This document shows positions 54,956 through 64,000 of a stretch of DNA of 64,000 nt, one piece after another. Source of the stretch: Paraspadella gotoi. Taxonomy: Eukaryota; Animalia; Chaetognatha. Every line of letters starts with the position of its first letter. Position 1 is the stretch's first letter. The notes beneath the pieces were generated by a model. It saw nothing but the letters and a program-made list of their open reading frames with translations. It ran no database searches and had not been told where the DNA came from. The DNA lies in contig CM119268.1 of the NCBI GenBank assembly GCA_051294375.1, forward strand, positions 14,776,210 to 14,840,209, given 5' to 3'. The translations under genes were made by a program, and so were the position numbers.

Positions 54956-57053
54956 AGAGAGACAGAGTCACTAGAACCGGAGAGAAACGAAGAGACGGAG
55001 AAACGAAAGTATTCTTCACGGGTAGGAAATTGAATGACACGCGAAGTGAAGGGGCCTGGAAACAACAGATTAGCCGAAAGGACACGTACGACCTAGAGAG
55101 ACGTCGGCGGGTGGTGGAAAACTATGGGTGGTCTTCTCTCAGCAAATGAATGGCACGCTGACAAACTATCAGGTCTAAGTCGGATTTTCTCTTTTTAAAA
55201 CGTGACGTCTCATCTTAATGAAAACCTTCTCGGACATTTTCTCGTGGTCTCTGGTTTACCTGTCGCCTTATAACTTATAACTTATAACATTAGTTAATTA
55301 GTTTAATGTTCAGTTTTTTGCATTTCACTTGACAATAAACCTTAACGTTTGAGCTTCGAAGAAACGACGACACCGGATTGCACGTCGACACACGAATCGT
55401 GAACACCATTCCGTCCGTTCACAACCCTCACCCACCGAGTCGTGATTCCGAGGCTTTTCCCTTCATTTTTATAGGACGCCGTTACTAAACATTATTTTTC
55501 GTTTTTATCTTTCCGCGTTGCCGCGTTCCGGCCTAACTCTCCTTTCCAATTCCACAGCTGCACCCGGAAGAAAAAATTCCCTTTATTTTTTTATTTTTTG
55601 CATGTTTTATTGCAAGCTCTTTAACGTCTGTTATTACTCCGCGAGCAGCTTTACGAGGCGAATTAAGTTTTACGACTCTACGTTGTTCCTAAACATCGCA
55701 CCTGTTTATATTCTCTTCCCCCCCCCTTCATGACTAATAACGATTTCTTACTGCAATGACCAAATCCTTTTCTTCACTGACTTAATTGGCTCAATTCAGC
55801 CTGCTCGTCCAAACTTACCACCTCCCTGCACCGCCAACTTCACACGCCTCCCCTTTGTCCCTCTCACCCCCCCCCCGCAACTGCCGACGTCTCATCGATC
55901 CTTGGCAGAAGNNNNNNNNNNNNNNNNNNNNNNNNNTCACCCACTTCTCATCAGCGTTGATTTTCCTGCGTCGAGGGACCGTCTCAATCAAGAGCCTCTT
56001 CATGCTCGTTCTTCGCGGCTTTCTCGACCGTTCGCCTTTCGCCTTTCCCATTTCGCCTTTCCTCTTTCAGAATTCGCCTTTGCCTTCGTCGTCGCCTTTT
56101 CTTCTCGTCTCGGCTTTCGTCGTTGCCTCCCTCTATTCCGCTGCTCGAATCTTTTATTCCGTTTTCTTCGATATTTTTTTTTTTTTATCTTCACTTCCTC
56201 TCTTCCTCTTTTTTTTTCTTCATATTCCCTCCTGTCCTATTTTCTCACTGCTTTTTTTTCTTTCATACCTCTTACTTATTATTTTCATAAAAACAAATAT
56301 TTATCTCCACCTTCTCCTTTTATCTTCTTTAGTGTTTCTAATTTCCTCCCTTATCCTCTTTTCCTTCTATTTTCTTCTTTTGTTCTTTTTTTCTCTCCAT
56401 TCTCGTTTCTCTCTTCCTCTCTTCTCCCATTATCTTCTCTTCTATTTTCCTCTCATCATTTCTCCCTCTTTCTTCCTCCTATTTCTCCTTTCGTTAATTC
56501 TCTCTCCCCCCCCCCCTCGTTCCCTTTCCCTTAATCCCTTCTTCTCTGGGGACAAAGACTTTTTCCTTTCTGTCGTCATCACTTTCGTGAGGTTGGACGA
56601 ATTCCGCACAATGTTTTTTTTTTCTGTGATGGCCCGTAAGAATTGCAGCTGCCGCTTCTGTCTTACTCAAAGCGTTCAGCCGTAATATGTTTCGCTGCTC
56701 AAAGATATTAACGTTAGTTGACTCTTTTGGGCGTCAAACGAATGATAGAAAATGTTTTAAAATTTTGAAAAAAAAAATAGGTAAATAAATAAAAACTTCA
56801 AAGCACTAGTAGGACACCAAGAATACTGAATAGGACAATCGAATTCTAAGCATAATGAGAGTAGAATGGTTAAAAAAAATTATCTTATCCTTTCTTTATT
56901 AACTTTCTTCCCTTTTTTCTCTTCATTCATCTCGATCTATTAAGACTCAAGTTTTAATTTGTTTCAAATCGAAATCCATGTCTGATTGGCTGCGATTTCT
57001 TTCGGATGTGAGGTGATAAATTCTTTCAAAATCCGGAATTGAACAGAGAAAGA

Positions 57054-57100
<47 letters not shown>

Positions 57101-57115
57101 AGAAGAGAGAGAGAG

Positions 57116-57188
<73 letters not shown>

Positions 57189-59488
57189 GAGGAGAGAGAG
57201 AGAGAGAAAGAGAGAGAGAGAAAGAGAGAGACGAGACGAAGAGAAAGAGAGAGACAGAGAGCCGCTGATGAGAGAGAGAGAGAGAGAGAGAGGAATCTGT
57301 TTGCAAAAAGATAACCCCAGTTAAATGAGGTCTCCCAAAAAAACGAAGACCAAAAAATCTCTCTGTTAATACAGAGACAAAATTCCAAAGTAAACTTAAC
57401 GCACCAACCTCCACTCCAACCCCCCGCCGGGTTATTTTCTCCTCCCGACCCTTCCTCCTCCCGCCCGCTCCTCTTCTTCCTCCCCTGCTCTTCTTCCTCC
57501 CCCTGCTCCTCCGACTCCTCCCTCGCCGCCACAATCAGACGTTGAATGACACAATTTCCCAGTTTTAAACGAGTTGGTGCTCTCAAAATTGGCTTCGTGG
57601 AATTAGCATGAAATTGTGAAAGAATCAGACGCTGTTTTCTTTTCTTTTCTTTTTTTCGTTTTTAAAATGCGGATACGCATCTCGCGAACGGGAATTTGTT
57701 ACAATGTTGGTAGTTTTATTAATTTCCATACGTATATATCTTGTCTTCCGAGTTAAAAAAATAATAATTTGAATAAGATTTTTTTTTCTAACCGAATGTT
57801 GAATGTAAGATTGTGTTAATTACGCCTCCTTCGTCTCATTGGCGGTTTCTCTTTTTCATTCAAACAGAGTGAAAAACGTTTCAGTCATTTGCCAAAATGG
57901 GCGGCTCAAATGTTTTTCTAAGTTCAATTTTAAAACGTCTTGAAAGACATTGAGCCAACACAACACGATCTCACAAAACAAAGTAAAAAAGTCTTCTTTT
58001 CGGTTTTTCACGGCCAAAACTCGCTTTGGATTTTGAGAGAGTCGACTGAGCTAAAGTTTACTTTGCGTTGTCAGAATATATTCGATTTTTTATTTAATAC
58101 AAGAATATTGTTTTATCAACCATTTTTTTCTAAAACCTATATTCTTCACCTACTCTTTGTTAAGCGCTTCAAATATCACTCGATAGAATCGAGAAGCCGA
58201 GACTCTCATCAGGAGAACAATTTAGGTCAAGTGGGAGGCAACAAATATCAAACATTAGGACTCGATGGGTTACAATTCGTGTCCTAATGAGTCGATAAAA
58301 CTCGATATAAGCAAAAAAGGCGAAACTGTTCCCGCTTAGTTTTTCATTTGTTAAAAATGATATTTACCTCGTCATTATTTATCATCGTTTATTAGCTAAA
58401 GGCAACGTCTACAACGACTTCTCTAAAGTCAACTACAATCAATCGTCTCTTATTGCAAGCAAATTCCTTATATCCATATATATCTTCGTTATTCGATGTA
58501 GAAAAAAGTAAGATATTATAACTTTTTTTCTTCGTTCTTATGTAACCGATAATAAATAGTGATTGATGAGGTTTTCTTTCCTTAAAAAATGCAAGAGAGA
58601 TTACGTTCTTCAGCGTCCAGGGATTTTTGCCGATCGGTGGCGCGAAAAAGCGCGACGACGCCGACGCCCATAGCGGAAAAAAAAACCATAAGCTTGATAT
58701 ATTTATATTGCTTGTACCCGTTTCACAGAAATAAAGCAAAGAAAAATAAAAAGGAAAAAAAATAGATCGGAAAGAGAGCATCGAACTGTTCGAATGAAGA
58801 ATATGAATCTAAAAAAAAAATATTAAAAAACAGTCTGTTCGAGCGAAATTAAATTGGTCAATAAAAAAAAAAAGTAATGCAATATTTCTGGTTTTAAGTG
58901 TTGAAAGCAAAAATCTCCACCGGTTATATTACTTATAACCGGCAGGAAGATCCGCGCTCGGTTCGTCCTTCAAACTCTGTCGTCAAAATGAGGTTTTATC
59001 GGAAGACCGTTCCGCCCCCCTTCCCTTCTTCTTTCCCCCCCCCCTTTTTCCTTCCCTCACATTTTCCGATAAAAGTGAAAAGTCTGGTTTTTATCTCGCC
59101 CCTTAATAATTTAAGCGTTAAGATTACTCCCGACGTGGGAAAAATAAAAAGAAGTAGAATGACGAGATATATATATATATATATATTGTCTAATCGGTTT
59201 TCGATTTACCATCTTAAATAAAATAAAAAGATTTCTGTTCTCCGCTCCGTTCGAGCGTAAAACGTCTTTTCTCTCACGACATCGTTGTTCTTTTCGCTTT
59301 CAAAATGTTTTTTTTTTTTCTTTTTCTTTTTTAAACGATCAATTAAAGGAGTTTTTTTTCTTTTTTCTTTTTTTTCTATTAATTATTAAATTTTCTGTTT
59401 GTTTTTTTTTTTATCCTTATGCTTTTAACCTTTTATTCTTTAATTAAATCGCGGGACGTTCGCCTCTCTTTTTAAATGCTCTCTCTCT

Positions 59489-59555
<67 letters not shown>

Positions 59556-60267
59556 TCCTCTCTCTCTCTCTCTCTCTCTCCCCCTCCCCCCCTCTTTCTC
59601 TCTTTTTTTTTTCTCGCCGTAGGACCCATGAACGTCAAGTCTCGATTCTTCGTCGGACCTCAACACGTTTTCTGGTTTTTCAGTTTTGACTTCATTTTTT
59701 AATGACTTCGTTAATGAAGGAGTTTTTCGTCCCTCTTTGCGCTTTTATGACTCCAGGTTTAAAAACGAATCCGAAACTGAGGGTTGACGTTCATTTCGGA
59801 AAAGCGAAGAAAAAAATGTGTAGAAATAAAAGGGCGAAGTAACTAAATCGTCGTCATTGGGGGTCAACGTTAACATCCAATTTTTTTCTTTTAATCATTT
59901 TACCAATGCACTGAGGTTTAATCAAACTTTTTTAATATAAATTTGACTTTGAATATTAGAGACAATTTGAGTTTAATTTTGACAACGATTTTATTTTTAA
60001 AAATTAAACTCAAACTGTCTCTAATCGTCCCAAACAACGAAAAGAAAGAATTTATATCACAATGACTTTGAATATGAATATTCGACGTTAAGCGCTTGGA
60101 AGCCTACCTACTCAACCCTCGAGACATCGTTCGCTTCAATTGAACTGCAGATCGAAAGCGGGAAATAATATTTGGGTTCGATCCGTGTGTCCCTCGGTTT
60201 ATAAGCAAACTGGATTAGTTTTCCTCATTCCAATGTTTTTCTCTGCGTCTTGTTGATATTCTCTCTC

Positions 60268-60302
<35 letters not shown>

Positions 60303-60389
60303 AGGTTCGTCCCCTCCCGCAACCAATCAACTCTTTGTTTCTCAATGCCATAATTCCAAAGGCAATCGTCACACGAAGACTATCATCTT

Positions 60390-60690
60390 TTGTCATCTCA
60401 TCTCATGTCATCTCATCTCGAACCATCTCGTCATCTAATAATTTTTTTCATCTACTTTCTTTTCATCTCATCTTCTGGCATTTTCTTCAGTTCCTCTCAT
60501 CTCATCTTCCGACATTTTTCTTCATGTCATCTCACTTCATATTCTGACATATTTTTCATTTCATCTCATCTCATCTTCAGACACTTTTTTATATTTAATC
60601 TCATCTCATCTTTTAACATTGATTTTTCATCTCATCTCATCTTTTAACATTTTTTTTCATCTCATCTCATCTTCTGACATTGTTTCCATC
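60390..60690 (+). repeat. ~29-bp minisatellite built on (TCATC)n, consensus approximately TTTTTCATCTCATCTCATCTTCTGACA
   Basis: About 10 diverged units. Confidence 0.8.
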
Positions 60691-60798
60691 TCCTCTTCAC
60701 TTCCGCCTCAATCGTCACCTTCTCATCTTCCATCTTTAATCTCGACTCAACTTTACCTCCTTCATCTGTTTGATCTCTATCTCGTCCTTGTCAATCAA

Positions 60799-60861
<63 letters not shown>

Positions 60862-61104
60862 CGCAACAGTCGCTACATTTCCCATTTTCAATCATCTTCC
60901 TCTCCCAACTCCTGACCTCTTCCTCCTCACTTCCTCTCTTCTCTCCTCTCTCTCCCTCTGACCTCTCTTCTTTCTTCTCTCCTCTCTCTTTCTCCGACCT
61001 CTCTTCTCTCCCTCTCTCTTTCTCTGTCCTCTCTTCTCTCCCTCTCTTTCCTCCCCCCGCTAAAAATATCCAGACTCCAGAAGGAATTTTCAAATCCTGA
61101 GGAA

Positions 61105-61137
<33 letters not shown>

Positions 61138-61301
61138 AGAAATGAAAGTGGATAATGAATTGAAATCTAAATCATTGAATTAACTGATTAGAACATTAGT
61201 ACATTTATGTATTGAAAATTTGTACATACAACCAGACAACTAAATAATAAAACTATTAGTTGGGACAATTCAAGACAATACAATACAAAATTCGATGATA
61301 G

Positions 61302-61582
61302 CGTTCATTCTCTATGTGTTCATTTGTTTTTTTTTTGGTTTTTTGTTTTTTTGTGAGGTTAATAGATTAACTTTTACAGTTTGTTTCGTGCAGCGAAAAA
61401 CTTGACACTGACGACGACGACGACGACGACGACGACGTGGACCTCAGCTCGAAAGATAAGAACCATCTTGTCGATAACAGTTGCAAGAACGAAAAAGACA
61501 TTGCGGGGACAACCGCATATTAAAGATCTCAAGACGACGAAGACGACGACGAGGAGGAAGAGATTGTTGTTGTTGTTATTAT

Positions 61583-61647
<65 letters not shown>

Positions 61648-63401
61648 AGCTTTAGGAAAAGAAAGAGTAAAAGGAGGAGTAAGAGGAGGAAGAGCGATAG
61701 GTGGAATTGAAAGAGGAGGGAAAGAAATCGAGTCCAACCTTGAGAAGCAGAGATTGGGTGAGATCGAATCTGCAAAATTAATTTCAACGATGACGATTAA
61801 CGACAACAAAGTCGATGTCAACTCTACCGAGAAAACCACGTTTCTATTTTTTATACGTAACATAAAAAAGGGAAAAAAATCATTTTTTTCATAATCGTAG
61901 AAACAAACAATCTCCTGTTTTTTTGTTGTTTTTTTTTGTTTTTTGTTTTGCTGAATCGAAAAAAAAAAACAATAAAACCCAAAAAAAGTCCTAATCGAGC
62001 GAATTTGTGTTTAATTTTTGTTTTTATTGTTTTTTCGTCATTTGGTGGTTGTTGTCTTTTTTTCTCGTATTTTTTTTCGAAGCGAAAGTCATCCCTTACC
62101 TTCTCTCCCAAAACTCATCTTCGCGCTTTNNNNNNNNNNNNNNNNNNNNNNNNNNNNNNNNNNNNNNNNNNNNNNNNNNNNNNNNNNNNNNNNNNNNNNN
62201 NNNNNNNNNNNNNNNNNNNNNNNNNNNNNNNNNNNNNNNNNNNNNNNNNNNNNNNNNNNNNNNNNNNNNNNNNNNNNNNNNNNNNNNNNNNNNNNNNNNN
62301 NNNNNNNNNNNNNNNNNNNNNNNNNNNNNNNNNNNNNNNNNNNNNNNNNNNNNNNNCAACAACAACAACAACAACTTAAAAAAAAGGCGACTCGGCCGAG
62401 AAGGGCGTCACACTCCTTTTTCCTCTTTTCGCTTTTCTGTTTTCCTTTTTCCTTTTTTTCCTTTTTTCATCTTTCCGTCTGGATTTTCCCGCGTCGTTCA
62501 AAATTCCCTTTTTTTCGTTCATTCTCTATTGTTCATTTGTTTTTTTTTTGGTGTTTTTTGTTTTTGTGAGTGTTAATAGATAACTTTTACATTGTTTCGA
62601 TGCCAGCGAAAAACTTGAACACTGACGACGACGAACGACGGACCGACGACGACGTGGACCTCAGTCGAAGATAAGAACCTCTTGTCGATAACAGTTGCAA
62701 GAAGAAAACGAAAAAATCAATTGCGGGAAACCGCATATTAAGATCTCAAGACGACGAACGACGACGAGGAGGAGAGATTGTTGTTTGTGTTTATTATTGT
62801 GATGATGATGATGATGATTGATGTGATGATATGTGATTTGAATGATGATGATATGATCTGATGATGTGATGATTGAATGGATGGATGATGATGCTTAGGA
62901 AAAAGAAGAAGTTAAAAGGAGGAAGTAATGAGCAGGATAAGAGAGACAAAAGGAGCGATAGGTGGAATTTGAAAGAGGAGGTAAGAAATCGAGTCCAACC
63001 TTTGAGAGCAGAGATGGTTGAGATCGAATCTGCAAAGATGAATTTCAACGGATGAGATTAACGACAACAAAGTCGATGTCAGAACTCTACCCGAGGAAAA
63101 CCACAGTTTCTATTTTTTTATGTACTAACATTAAAAAAGGGAAAAAAATCATTTTTTTTCATAATCGTAGAAACAAACAATCTCCTGTTTCTTGTTGTTT
63201 TTTTTTTTGTTTTGTTTTGCTGAATCGAAAAAAAAAAAACATAAAACCCCGAAAAAAGTCGCTAACGAGCCATTTGTGGTTACATTTTTGTTTTTATTGT
63301 TTTTCGTCATTTGGTGGTTGTTGTCTTTTTTTCTCGTATTTTTTCGAGCCCGGATAAAGTCATCCCTTACCTTCTTCCCCACAAAAATCATCTTTTTCGC
63401 G

Positions 63402-63442
<41 letters not shown>

Positions 63443-63718
63443 CTTTTTTTTTTTTGCGTGAATTTTCTTTTCATTTCGTTTATTCCTTTTTTTTAAGCGA
63501 GACAGTTCGGAGAAGAAGACCTAAAATTCGAACATCGACTTCATGAACAACGACAACAACAACAACAACAAACAACTTAAAAAAAAAGGCGACTCAAGCG
63601 CCCCCGAGAAGGCGTTCCACTCCTTTTCCTTTTCGCTTTTGCTTTCCTTTTTGCCTTTTTTTCCTTTTTTCATCTTTCCGTCTGGCATTTTTCCCGCGTC
63701 TTTCAAAAATCCCTTTTG
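61302..63718. repeat. Tandem duplication, unit ~1.2 kb (61302-62515 including a 227-N gap vs 62516-63718); contains (GAT)n and (GAC)n tracts
   Basis: Colinear; the second copy is indel-rich and spans the sequence missing in the first copy's gap. Confidence 0.92.
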
Positions 63719-64000
63719 TTTTTCTTTCTCCGTTTTTTTTTTTTTTAATCTTCTCCCTCCTTTATCTCTCCCCCGTCTCTACAAACAGTCGAATGTTATT
63801 CCGGTTTTGTTGACTTTTTTTTTTTTCCCTTCTTCCTCCTTCCTCCCAATATTTTGTATTCCCTATCGTTCCGTCCCGCGCCGTTCGCCCCCTCTCCTCT
63901 CCATCCTCTCTCCCCTCCCTATCCTCTGCTCGCCCCCCTCCCCTCCCTCTTCTGCCCTCCGCCCATCCCCCCCCCCCACCCTCTCTCCCCTCCCATCTCC

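Noticed and set aside
55786-56685. 299-aa hydrophobic 'membrane protein' ORF (similarly 11752-12348 and 19846-20346)
   Set aside because: Pyrimidine-rich low-complexity DNA giving F/L/S; the 55786 frame also reads through an N-gap.
61374-61863. Poly-His, poly-Met and poly-Ile ORFs
   Set aside because: Three frames of a (GAT)n microsatellite.

Overview
Eukaryotic (probably invertebrate animal; taxon not determinable from sequence alone), AT-rich draft-genome window with very dense (AG)n/(CT)n microsatellites and four N-gaps. The only confidently identifiable gene is a minus-strand, multi-exon PCTAIRE-family cyclin-dependent kinase (CDK16/17/18 type). Its ATG is at 15505, nine coding exons can be reconstructed with GT-AG boundaries, and its 3' end lies beyond the window. 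The kinase-domain exons occur twice because of a ~3.7-kb tandem duplication. Two further tandem duplications (~7.4 kb at 40998-55789; ~1.2 kb at 61302-63718) show the same indel-dominated differences near N-gaps, so all three are most likely long-read gap-filling artefacts. The rest is intronic/intergenic: a decayed, apparently full-length ~6-kb APE+RT non-LTR retrotransposon and a second LINE 3' fragment (both abutting (TC)n tracts), tRNA-derived SINE relics, Helentron/HINE-like elements, possible DNA-transposon relics and several minisatellites. Almost all ORFs in the supplied track are microsatellite or low-complexity artefacts. I found no compelling novel system. The best leads are possible (TC)n-targeted LINE insertion, apparently unusual intron positions in the CDK gene, and recurrent inverted (AG)n/(CT)n pairs.
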